Assembly (NCBI GenBank): GCA_049472335.1
Contig: JBLIRO010000006.1
Span: 22,874-86,873, forward strand
DNA length: 64,000 nucleotides
Source of the DNA: a bacterium
GTDB taxonomy: Bacteria; SZUA-182; DTGQ01; JAFGSM01
Direction: 5' to 3'
A program made the position numbers and the translations under genes. Of the stretch, positions 10,703 through 20,533 are shown piece after piece. Each line of letters begins with the position of its first letter. Positions within the stretch are counted from its first letter, which is position 1. Below the pieces are notes generated by a model. It had not been told where the DNA came from. It did not search any database and worked only from the letters and a program-made list of their open reading frames with translations.

Positions 10703-12574
10703 TTAGAATGTCCACCAGGGCTCAACGTCTAAAATAAACTCAACAATCGCGTAGCCTCCTCTTATATCAAAGGCTACAATCTGTATCAAATATCTTCCCG
10801 GCCAATGAGTAGTGAGTGTGTAAATCGCACCACTGGTATACCTTCCGTATTTTTCTACCCCTGTAGTAGAGCCTACTGTACTGCCGGATGTAATCCCGAA
10901 TCCCTCCTTCATCTCGGTGACACTTCCGATATTGCACGAATAATAGACCATATCACCATCGGGATCAAAGAATTCAACGGGAATAATAAATGTTCTCCCC
11001 GCTTTAGCAATCTGCGGGCTATCTATATCCTCACAGAGAATAGGAGGATGGTTCAACCAGGTCCCTTGATTAACTACAATAAGGTTAAAATCGGTTATTG
11101 CTGACAAACCCCTTTGATCTGTAGCTATTATCTGTATGGTATGCAATCCCTCGAATTTTGGACTGAACCGGATCTCCGGCTTACAAGGGCTAGGTATAAT
11201 CGAGTCCAGCCAGGGTCCATATCTGTAACTTCTGGAGCCGTCAATCAAAGCAGTATAAGTGATGTTCCCAGGTTCTTCTACGGTTCCCGGAATATCTTCT
11301 CTGTCCTGATCATAACAGATGAATTCCTTTACAAAAAAACCCTCATTAGTTCCAAGCACATATACATCATTCTCGATCTCTTCGAAATATGGAGGATTAT
11401 TTACAATCGGATAGTTTACAACTGATAACGGGAAGGTCTCAATATCTGAAAGGCCACCTTCATCCACCACTCTGATTGTAATGATGAGGTCTTCAAAAAC
11501 CTGAGGTATAAAATGCAGTAATATCTTGTTTGAAATACACGCGGGATCATCATTGTCACAAATCAGGAAATTCTCCGGGTCATTTGGGTCTTCTTTTATC
11601 CTGTAAATCATATCGCTTGTCTGAACACCTTGATAGCCATATCCACCAACTGTAGCAAGAAATTCTAATCTCTGATCCGACGATCCGCCTGAAAGATCAA
11701 TATCATTTGCAGTTATTATAAATGAATAAGGCACAAATATCTCTGCAAATTGTGGTCCTATCCTTTGCAATTTCGGGGGATGGTTTATAATATCACTTAA
11801 CCTGTCATGAAATGCAATGTTATCTACCCGAAATTGATAACCTTTAAACATAATATATACTATTCTGGACTCTCCTGGCCCAAAACCCGACTCAATGCCA
11901 AATCCGTCTCTGTCAATATCATCCATTTCATATCCCAGCGCAACGGCAACATCACGGTCCAAGTCCCTTACCACAAGATGCCAGGTCCCGTCCTGATATT
12001 GTCTGCCAATCTGGAATAGATAACCCGGAGGGTCGTACATACCGGTAAATATATCACCCGGTCTTCCCTCTATAAATTCCGGTCCGTATTCATACTGGCC
12101 GGTAGGACGATAAATTAGATTTACCTGCTCCCCCTTTCTGGAGATTACAGCAATTTGGAACTCCCATTGATCGAACCACTCGATTCCGAACCACATATTG
12201 ATATTAAAAGAGATAATATTCTTATCATCTATCGGATCACCATTTGGATATACAAGAGATTGATTATATAAAAAATATGGATAAAATTGATTGAAAGGTG
12301 TTCTCACACTTTCATATAAAAGAACCCTGCTCTGCAATGTCGGATCTATTATAGTCATGGTTTGTCCAAATCCAGTGTATGGACCAAAACCAAATACCGG
12401 ATAGGCAGGGGAAGAACTTATCCAACCATGGTTTCTGGGTGTATCCCAATACTCAAAATCCTGCCATACATAGGTATCTGCCAGTGAAGAATTACAGAAG
12501 ATTAGAACAAATAAGCAAATCGAAGCCAGGCCCAAAATAATAATTCTGAGTATTGTGCCTTTTTCTCTGAACAT
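10703..12574 (-). CDS. Secreted acidic protein with three cadherin/Ig-like repeats, C-terminal PWWTF
   Basis: Signal peptide ending SSLA; NHPP/NNPP-started repeats, DPDGD motif; paralog of 15105-17351. Confidence 0.8.
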   Translation of the reverse strand: MFREKGTILRIIILGLASICLFVLIFCNSSLADTYVWQDFEYWDTPRNHGWISSSPAYPVFGFGPYTGFGQTMTIIDPTLQSRVLLYESVRTPFNQFYPYFLYNQSLVYPNGDPIDDKNIISFNINMWFGIEWFDQWEFQIAVISRKGEQVNLIYRPTGQYEYGPEFIEGRPGDIFTGMYDPPGYLFQIGRQYQDGTWHLVVRDLDRDVAVALGYEMDDIDRDGFGIESGFGPGESRIVYIMFKGYQFRVDNIAFHDRLSDIINHPPKLQRIGPQFAEIFVPYSFIITANDIDLSGGSSDQRLEFLATVGGYGYQGVQTSDMIYRIKEDPNDPENFLICDNDDPACISNKILLHFIPQVFEDLIITIRVVDEGGLSDIETFPLSVVNYPIVNNPPYFEEIENDVYVLGTNEGFFVKEFICYDQDREDIPGTVEEPGNITYTALIDGSRSYRYGPWLDSIIPSPCKPEIRFSPKFEGLHTIQIIATDQRGLSAITDFNLIVVNQGTWLNHPPILCEDIDSPQIAKAGRTFIIPVEFFDPDGDMVYYSCNIGSVTEMKEGFGITSGSTVGSTTGVEKYGRYTSGAIYTLTTHWPGRYLIQIVAFDIRGGYAIVEFILDVEPWWTF

Positions 12575-12730
12575 TGATTCACCCCTTTCCTAACCCCCCG
12601 CAAGACTACATATACACTTTTTATTTTGAATAAATACTTACTATATAACCTCTTAAAAACCCTTATAAAAAAATATTCTTATACTTGAATAAATTGTTTT
12701 TCGTAAGTTATTCGTTCACACTTAATTTAA

Positions 12731-12759
12731 ATTATAACAATAATGCAAAAAACTGTCAA
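12731..12759 (-). promoter_or_regulatory. Full-consensus sigma70 promoter
   Basis: Minus strand TTGACA-17 bp-TATAAT with TGn extension, upstream of the 12574 start. Confidence 0.85.
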
Positions 12760-12922
12760 TATTTCTTTGAAATCATTAATTATACTAATTTTTTTAAAGA
12801 TAAAGGCATATAGCATTTTAGTCGTCTGAAAAATTGTTTTTTCCGGTCGTTTTACAAATAACTAAAATGTTACAAAATCTTAAATACTCTCTTCCAAAAT
12901 ACATAAATTAAGGATAAGGATA

Positions 12923-14824
12923 TCATCTAGGCCACCTTGTCTGCCATTGTTGAAACATAAAAAGCGTCCAGAGCGGTTTTCGATGGTCGACTCTTCCATT
13001 TATATGATCATCGAGCATTTGTGAAATAAAAACAGGATTAAATAAACCTTCCCTGCGTATTCTTTCAGGACTAAATGTATCCTGAAAGAGTTCTCTTAGT
13101 TCCCCCTTTATCCATTTGGCTACAGGGATGCCAAAGCCCTTTTTGGGGCGGTGAATAATATTTTTGGGTAGAAGCGGACCGGCTGTTTTTTTAAGTAGAT
13201 ATTTTGTTTTTAATCTTCTTAGCTTAAATTCCGGGGGAAGATGTGTTATGAAATCCACAAAGGTGTGATCCAAAAAAGGCACCCGCACCTCGAGGGAATT
13301 CGCCATACTGGCCCTGTCCACCTTTACCAGAAGATCGTCTTGAAGGTAGAGTTTAGCATCTAAATAGAGTATAGCATGAAGGGGATGATTTGCTTTTGCC
13401 TTGACGAGATAATCCCTGACAGGAGAAAAAGTATCATGTGAAGACAGTCTTTCATGTATCTCCGGGTTGAAAAGAGAAGCTTTATCCTCCGGGCTGAAAG
13501 ATCCCATCCATAATGTATGCCTGATTCCCGGCGGAGCGGAATTACCGTGAATAAATCTCTTTGCCCTGAAATCGAGGCTGAAATTCTTGTCAGATACAGG
13601 CAGGCTATTAATAACAGGTTCAAGTATCCTTTTTCTTAAAATTTCAGGCAATTTCAGATATATACCGGCTAATCTATGGGCCTGGTAAGTATAATAACCC
13701 GCAAAGAGTTCATCCCCTCCATCCCCGCTCAAGGCAACTGTTACATTCTCCCTGCAAAATTTGCAAAGAAGGAATGTCGGCAGAAACGATGCATCTCCAA
13801 ATGGTTCATCCAAAAACTCACAGACCTTTGGAAGGGCCTCCAACATCCGGGAAGTATCGAACATCTCCTGATGATGATTAATCTTTAAGTGTCCGGCAAC
13901 CTGGACTGCATAATCAGATTCATCGAATGAGCGCTCATAAAATCCGATCTGGAAACTATCAATCTCCTCGTTTGCATAACGATGCGCCAAAGCGGTGACC
14001 ATACTCGAGTCGATGCCTCCGCTCAAAAAGGTTCCAAGCGGAACGTCACTGATAAGCCTCCTTTTCACGGAAGCGGTTAAAAGATGGAGAAGCCTTTCTT
14101 CACATTCCTTTTCACTGATGCATCTTGAATTTATCCTTCCTGAACTGTAATCCAGGTCCCAATATTCCTTTAAGCAGATATGTCCCTTTTCAAAAAAAAG
14201 CATATGACCGGGAGGAAGTTTCAAGACTCCTTTATAGATAGTCTTCGGTGTCGGCACATACTCATAAGTAAGATAGAGATTCAGGGCCTCCAGGTCCAAT
14301 TTGGGTTCCCAGCCCGGAAACTTCAGAAAAGCCTTTAGCTCAGAGGCAAATACGATCCGGCCTTCCTTTGTCATCATGTAGTGGAGCGGTTTTATACCGA
14401 GCCGGTCCCTGGCGAGGACTAGCCTTCTTTTTTTTGCATCCCAGAGTGCTATTCCAAACATGCCGTTCAGATCTTCGATAAATTCGTCGCCTTTTTCTTC
14501 ATAGAGGTGGATAATGACTTCACCATCGGATCCTGTATTAAAATGGTGACCTTTTTTGATCAGGTCTTCTTTAATTCCTTGAAAGTTATATATCTCTCCG
14601 TTGTAAACCAGCCATAAGGACCGATCCTCATTAGTAAGCGGCTGATGCCCTGTTTTCAGATCTATGATACTCAGGCGTCTCATACCAAGGGCCATAACCC
14701 CGTCGTAATGAGTACCCCAATCATCGGGACCTCTATGAATCATAGTCTCACACATGGCCTGTAAAATCGATTGCGTAGGTTCAGGCCGCGGATCGTTATT
14801 TGAAAACCCGCAAATCCCGCACAT
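12923..14824 (-). CDS. asnB: Asparagine synthase (glutamine-hydrolysing) family amidotransferase
   Basis: MCGICG N-terminal Ntn Cys, HRGPDD, RRLSIIDL, NGEIYN, LSGGIDSS, SGDGGDELFAGY, KVDRASMANSLEVRVPFLD. Confidence 0.93.
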   Translation of the reverse strand: MCGICGFSNNDPRPEPTQSILQAMCETMIHRGPDDWGTHYDGVMALGMRRLSIIDLKTGHQPLTNEDRSLWLVYNGEIYNFQGIKEDLIKKGHHFNTGSDGEVIIHLYEEKGDEFIEDLNGMFGIALWDAKKRRLVLARDRLGIKPLHYMMTKEGRIVFASELKAFLKFPGWEPKLDLEALNLYLTYEYVPTPKTIYKGVLKLPPGHMLFFEKGHICLKEYWDLDYSSGRINSRCISEKECEERLLHLLTASVKRRLISDVPLGTFLSGGIDSSMVTALAHRYANEEIDSFQIGFYERSFDESDYAVQVAGHLKINHHQEMFDTSRMLEALPKVCEFLDEPFGDASFLPTFLLCKFCRENVTVALSGDGGDELFAGYYTYQAHRLAGIYLKLPEILRKRILEPVINSLPVSDKNFSLDFRAKRFIHGNSAPPGIRHTLWMGSFSPEDKASLFNPEIHERLSSHDTFSPVRDYLVKAKANHPLHAILYLDAKLYLQDDLLVKVDRASMANSLEVRVPFLDHTFVDFITHLPPEFKLRRLKTKYLLKKTAGPLLPKNIIHRPKKGFGIPVAKWIKGELRELFQDTFSPERIRREGLFNPVFISQMLDDHINGRVDHRKPLWTLFMFQQWQTRWPR

Positions 14825-14841
14825 AAATTATTTCCATTTTT

Positions 14842-14950
14842 GTAACAGTTCACCTCACCACAGAGGCACAGAGACACAGAGAAAAATTAAATTTTTCAAC
14901 CCTAATATCCATCTGATCTCAGTGCCTCTGTGTCCGTGGTGAACTATTAC
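14842..14950. repeat. Palindromic MITE-like element built from CACAGAG units
   Basis: Ends GTAACAGTTCACC / GGTGAACTATTAC (12/13 inverted); inner CACCACAGAGGCACAGAGACACAGAG pairs imperfectly with CTCAGTGCCTCTGTGTCCGTGGTG. Confidence 0.8.
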
Positions 14951-15039
14951 TCATTTTTTAATTGTTGGTTTTTCTTTTTACTGAACAATCACTGGAATTA
15001 TACATAAGTTCATCTATTCCGGCAACAAATATCTACTCC

Positions 15040-15073
15040 AAAAAAAATCCCGGAGGTATTCCTCCGGGATTTT
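15040..15073 (-). terminator. Rho-independent terminator
   Basis: AAAATCCCGGAGG-TATT-CCTCCGGGATTTT hairpin with a T-run on the minus strand, about 30 bp after the 15105 stop. Confidence 0.85.
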
Positions 15074-15104
15074 CCGAAAACAATTAACAATCTAACCTAT
15101 AATT

Positions 15105-17351
15105 TTAGAATGACCACCAGGGTTTAACCTCGAGGTCGATCGTTATGATTGCGTACCCCCCCCTGATATCAAAGGCAATAATCTCTACTATATAGAAACC
15201 CGGGAAATGAGTATAGAGATGCCAATAAAAATCACCGCCAGAGGATATGCCGCAGGAGCCAATGTTACATGAAAAATAAAGTTCATCCCCATCGGGATCA
15301 ACTACCTGAAGGGTCGGAGATGTCAGTAAAAACTCTTCTCCCGCTCTCACAACCTGAGGATGGTCCCAATCCATCATAATAACAGGCGGATGGTTGAGCC
15401 ACGTTCCTCTGTTAACCGCAAATATTGTAAAATTGGCATATGAAGAGCTTCCGCGATCATCCGTTGCAACTAAATGGGCCAGATAAGCACCTTCAAATTT
15501 TGGCGAAAAGCTTATTAAGCCGTTGCAAGGCTCGATTATGCTATCCATCCATGGACCATATTGATATGAAGCAAATCCATTCAGGAAAAACTCCCACAAC
15601 ATATTATCCATATCCTGCCTGAATTGCTCAGAAACAGGAAATCCAGGTATATGAGTTGTGGCGGGACTGCTTGACAATGAGAATATGGTACAATCCGGAT
15701 CAATCACACCAACGGCATAGGAATTGAACTCACCCACATAAAAGATCCTGTCATCGACATCTTCAATATAAGGAGGGTAATTTTCAACAGGATAGTTCAC
15801 TACTGATATGGGGAAGGTCTCCAAATCAGACACCCTGCCATTTGTAACCTCTATGGTCAGGATAATGTCCTCGAAAACCTGCGGTGTGAAATCGAGCTTT
15901 GCTATGTTGGGCCAATAAGTAAATCCCGCATTCCAAAGCGCGGACTCCAAAAAGAAGCATAATAAAGGTCCGAAAAACGGATTGCCCAATTTGGCTATTA
16001 CATCTTCCGCTTTATAGTAAGTTGGGATATATGTGGGCATACCATCATAGGGATATATCTCCAGTGGTGCTAAAGGCGTAAATTGTATGCCGCTGGCACC
16101 TGCGCCTCCCACTGTCGCATTCCAGCCCAGGGTCTGATTGATGTTTGTACCTGGTATTAGCTTCAGATAAGGATTTTTGCCTATTCTGAAGTTTGGATTT
16201 GCAAATATCGGAAGATTAATATCAACCACAAAATCCCTGTCAAAAAGAACGGAGATATTCGGATCGGGTTCCTCGCCAAACTTATTGGGATCCGCGCCTA
16301 AAGATATCCAGTAGTCCGAGATCTCATTCGGATCCGTGACGAAGATCTCTTCAATGTTTTCATAGATAAGAAAGTCCATTATACTGGATATTTCATCATC
16401 TCCGGTATCATAATCAGCAAAAAACAGATAACGGTAGGGCTCGAAAATCTGGGCATAACGGGGGCCTATCTTAGAAAGATGCGGTTGCAGAACAGTATGG
16501 GACATCGGGAAAAGGCTTTTTTTATGAAAGGCGATATTATCCACCCTTAATAAAGTGTGTTGAAATTTAACCATAGCTATCATGGAATTTCCAGGATCAG
16601 GATCACCCGTCAAAGGATTCGGTCCATACCCGTCCCTGTTCGGATCATTCAGATCATACTCCAGGGCCAATGCGGCATCCTGGTCTAAATCCCTGATAAC
16701 ATGATTCCATGTACCCTGATTGAACTGCCGCCCTATTTTATAAACAAATCCTGGAGGGTCATACATACCGGTAAAGACATCGCCTGGTATCCCTTCCCTG
16801 AAAATGGGACCTTCCTCGTGAGTTCCCACCGGATCGTAAATGAGATTTACCTGTTCTCCTTTTCTTGTAACCAGCATGATTGAGACTTCCCATGTATCAA
16901 ACCGTTCAATACCCACAAAGGGAATCATGATGTCAAAGGAAAAGATACTCTTATCGTTAATCGGACTTCCGTCCGGATAGGTTACATTTTGATTCCAGGC
17001 ATAAAATGGATAAAACTGATTAAAAGGAGACATCATACACGCATAGAGCAGGACCCTGCTCTTTAGCAAAGGGCAGAAAGTGGTTTCTATCCGCCCAAAG
17101 CCTGTATAAGGTCAGAAGCCGAAATTAGGATATGGCGGGCAGGAACTCTGCCACCCGTAATTTGCCGGTGCGTGCCAATACTCGAAATCCTGCCAGATAA
17201 AGGTTTCCAAAGCGCGCCAGTCAGTAGATGACAATTCCTGCTGGGTATAAATGGCCGCTATTCCCGGACTGCAAACCAAAACTGAAAAAAAAGAAAAAAC
17301 GGCCAGAATACAAGATATCTGAATAAGCCTTTTTCCTTTCTTTAAGTTCAT
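15105..17351 (-). pseudogene. Secreted cadherin/Ig-like protein (paralog of 10703-12574) interrupted by one in-frame TGA at 17112-17114; 748 aa if read through
   Basis: ORFs 17112-17351 and 15105-17069 share a frame; reads YPNFGF*PYTGFGR versus paralog YPVFGFGPYTGFGQ; AGGAGG RBS, signal peptide and terminator intact; ends PWWSF. Confidence 0.8.
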
Positions 17352-17752
17352 GACAATTCTCCTCCTTTCAGTAATTTGATGATTAAAGTTTTTATAATTT
17401 AATACTTTATTAATTATTTTTAAGTATCATTATTTATAGAAAAGCAATTAGTCAGTTTCACTTCTGGAGATCTGTTTGACGGTCCCAAAACTTACTTATC
17501 ATATAAGGAACAATAAAAACTATGTTATTGACTTTTTACTGATTTTCTATTGTGAAATGTTGCTTTAAGTCAGATCTATTATCGATAATATTTTATAATT
17601 ATCAAACAAATGAATATTGAGGTAATTAATTATACTCAATAAAAATTATATATGAATTGTCACCTATACCTATTAATTGATATAATTAATTATACAAAAA
17701 AATCAAAAACAAATCAATTCTTGATTTTTTATCATTACATCATCATTACCCC

Positions 17753-17781
17753 TTGACTGCTCAGCTAAGTGTAATTAGAAT
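17753..17781 (+). promoter_or_regulatory. Sigma70 promoter for the glmU-like/glmM pair
   Basis: TTGACT-17 bp-TAGAAT. Confidence 0.65.
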
Positions 17782-17819
17782 AGAAGCTCTGTGCATCCAT
17801 ATTTTTCCTTATTTTATAA

Positions 17820-17851
17820 ATAAGGATTACACCATAGATAAGGATTACACC
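17820..17851 (+). repeat. 14-bp perfect direct repeat ATAAGGATTACACC x2
   Basis: Copies at 17820-17833 and 17838-17851, just upstream of the 17859 start. Confidence 0.85.
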
Positions 17852-17858
17852 CAAGGCT

Positions 17859-19133
17859 ATGATGACAGAAAATCATAAATCCCCGAACAATCAAGAAAAA
17901 CTCATGAAACTTATGGAGAAAGGGGTAAAAATCTTCAATCCGAATTCAATTCATATAGGAGAAGACGTGGATACTGACCGGATTTCGGGTGAGGGAGTCG
18001 TTCTCTATACAGGATGTAAAATATCGGGAAAAGACACGCTTATTTTGTCCGGCACAAAACTTGGCTATGAGGCCCCTGTTACCATAGAAAATTGTCAAAT
18101 AGGACCCGATGTGGAATTAAGAGGCGGCTTTTTTTGCAATTCAGTATTCCTGGCAGGATCCAGCATGGGATCCTGTGCCCATGTCAGGGATGCCTGCATC
18201 CTTGAAGAAGAGGCAAACGGAGCTCACTTGGTGGGGATCAAACACACTATCCTGTTCCCTTTTGTGACACTAGGAAGCCTGATAAATTTTTGTGACTGCC
18301 TTATGGCAGGTGGAACGAGCAGAAAAAATCATAGTGAGGTGGGCAGCTCATATATCCATTTTAACTATACTCCAAATCAGGACAAGGCAACCCCCTCTTT
18401 GATAGGGGATGTGCACAGGGGGGTAATGCTCGATAAACCTCCCATCTTTCTGGGCGGTCAGGGGGGACTGGTGGGACCGGCAAAATTAGGGTTTGGCATT
18501 GTCATAGCGGCAGGATCCATAATTCGTAGCGATTTTCTTGAGGAAAATAAGCTTATTTCCGGTTCGATTTTAAATTATAAATGTTCTGATTTTTATCCGG
18601 GACTTTATTTGAGTATTCAAAGACAAGTCCTTAACAATATAAATTATGTTGCAAATCTTATAGCTCTCAGCTTTTGGTACAAAGAGATCCGTTCACGATT
18701 TTTTCAGGAAAGCCCAATGAAAAAAGAATTGTATAAGGGTGCATTGGAAAAATTGAATATTGCAACTCAAGAAAGGATAGAACGTTTCAAGGCCTTTGTC
18801 CAAAAATTGCCCGAATCCGTTAAGATCTGTCATGAGATTATGAAAGAAAAGGCCTCTGAACGTTTAATATCCCAAAAAAAAGAGTTATTCAATAAATGGT
18901 CCGAAATAGAAGACATTTTTTATACCTCAAGGGAAAATGATATAAAATCCGATGAAAAATTGTTATTTTCAGAAAAAATTGATGCTGTGCGAGAAAAGAC
19001 AGGCAATGATTATATAAGAGTTATTCAGGGACTCGACAGAAACTGCAGGGAGATTGGTTCTAAATGGCTAAAATCCATAGTTGACAGAACCAATGAAGAG
19101 GTCCTGAAAGTCATTCCAACTTTTAATATTTAA
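17859..19133 (+). CDS. GlmU-like left-handed beta-helix (hexapeptide) acyltransferase lacking the uridyltransferase domain
   Basis: LMEKGVKIFNPNSIHIG start resembles the GlmU LbH entry; hexapeptide-like repeats; directly upstream of glmM. Confidence 0.7.
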   Translation: MMTENHKSPNNQEKLMKLMEKGVKIFNPNSIHIGEDVDTDRISGEGVVLYTGCKISGKDTLILSGTKLGYEAPVTIENCQIGPDVELRGGFFCNSVFLAGSSMGSCAHVRDACILEEEANGAHLVGIKHTILFPFVTLGSLINFCDCLMAGGTSRKNHSEVGSSYIHFNYTPNQDKATPSLIGDVHRGVMLDKPPIFLGGQGGLVGPAKLGFGIVIAAGSIIRSDFLEENKLISGSILNYKCSDFYPGLYLSIQRQVLNNINYVANLIALSFWYKEIRSRFFQESPMKKELYKGALEKLNIATQERIERFKAFVQKLPESVKICHEIMKEKASERLISQKKELFNKWSEIEDIFYTSRENDIKSDEKLLFSEKIDAVREKTGNDYIRVIQGLDRNCREIGSKWLKSIVDRTNEEVLKVIPTFNI

Positions 19134-19179
19134 ACCCTGAATCTAAATCTTAAAAATAAGTAAATAAAGGGTAAAAATA

Positions 19180-20529
19180 ATGGGAAAATTATTTGGTACT
19201 GACGGAATAAGGGGAGTTGCCAATAAATACCCGATGACTTCCGAAATGGCCTTGAAAATAGGGAAGGCCACCGCCTATTTTTTTAACAGGGAAGGACATA
19301 TCCCCAGGATAATAATAGGGAAAGACACCAGAATATCAGGGTATATGATCGAGAGCGCACTTGTGTCTGGGATCTGTTCCTTGGGGGTGAATGCCATCCT
19401 TGCAGGTCCGATGCCAACCCCGGGGATTGCCTTTCTTACAGGCAGCATGAGAGCCGATGCCGGCATTATGATTTCTGCGTCCCATAATCCCTTTTATGAC
19501 AATGGGATTAAGATCTTTTCCAGTAAGGGGATCAAATTGCAGGATGAAAAGGAATCAGAGATAGAGGACCTTATTTTTTCCGGATATCTTGAAGATTCGA
19601 ACACCAGACCTGACAAACTGGGGAAGGTTTACAAGCTGGATGATGCCAGGGGAAGGTATATTGTATTTCTTAAAAACACCTTTCCTAAAGATTATGATCT
19701 GGAAGGCACAAAGGTCGTCCTGGACTGTGCCAATGGTGCGACCTACAAGGTGGCGCCTGAAACCTTTTCTGAGCTTGGAGCAGAGGTAACTACCCTTTTC
19801 CATGAGCCGGACGGTAAAAATATCAATCAGGACTGTGGCTCCCAACACCCGGAAGCCCTGGCTGAAGAGGTGGTTAAGAAAAAGGCGCATGTTGGATTGG
19901 CCTTTGACGGGGACGGTGACAGGGTAATTGCGGTTGATGAAAAAGGCGGGATCATAACCGGCGACCGGATTATGGCCATTTGCTCAAGATTTATGAAAAA
20001 AGAAAACGCACTTTCAAACAATCTGCTGGTCAGCACGGTTATGAGCAATATAGGACTGAGCATCGCTTTAAAAGAGCTTGGCATAGACCAGATAATCACC
20101 AAGGTTGGTGACCGGTATGTTCTGGAAAAGATGCTTGAAAAAGGGGCATCCATAGGTGGGGAGGATTCCGGGCATTTAATCTTCCTGAATCATCACACCA
20201 CAGGAGACGGTATCCTGACCGCATTACAGGTCCTCGCCGCAATGAAGAAGGAACGAAAACCATTATCTGAACTCGCCAGGGTGATGAAGGTATACCCTCA
20301 GATGCTCATAAATATTGATGTGAAGAAAAAACCAGACATCTCTTCCATTCCGGAGATCATGGACACAATCAACGCCGTGGAAGAGGAACTGGGCGACAAG
20401 GGAAGGGTGCTTGTCAGATATTCCGGAACTCAGCCAATGTGTCGTGTTATGGTTGAAGGACCGACCCATGAGGAAACGGAAAAATATTGTAAAAAGATTG
20501 CTGAGGTGGTTCGTTCGAAGCTTAATTGA
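19180..20529 (+). CDS. glmM: Phosphoglucosamine mutase
   Basis: LFGTDGIRG, ISASHNP, AFDGDGDR, GGEDSGH, RYSGTQPMCRVMVEG. Confidence 0.97.
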   Translation: MGKLFGTDGIRGVANKYPMTSEMALKIGKATAYFFNREGHIPRIIIGKDTRISGYMIESALVSGICSLGVNAILAGPMPTPGIAFLTGSMRADAGIMISASHNPFYDNGIKIFSSKGIKLQDEKESEIEDLIFSGYLEDSNTRPDKLGKVYKLDDARGRYIVFLKNTFPKDYDLEGTKVVLDCANGATYKVAPETFSELGAEVTTLFHEPDGKNINQDCGSQHPEALAEEVVKKKAHVGLAFDGDGDRVIAVDEKGGIITGDRIMAICSRFMKKENALSNNLLVSTVMSNIGLSIALKELGIDQIITKVGDRYVLEKMLEKGASIGGEDSGHLIFLNHHTTGDGILTALQVLAAMKKERKPLSELARVMKVYPQMLINIDVKKKPDISSIPEIMDTINAVEEELGDKGRVLVRYSGTQPMCRVMVEGPTHEETEKYCKKIAEVVRSKLN

Positions 20530-20533
20530 TTTT

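Noticed and set aside
14754..14942. 62-aa plus-strand ORF
   Set aside because: Antisense to the asnB start and translated from the CACAGAG repeat
14842..14950. Integron attC site or CRISPR repeat
   Set aside because: Ends do not match RYYYAAC/GTTRRRY, there is no integrase, and there is no repeat-spacer periodicity
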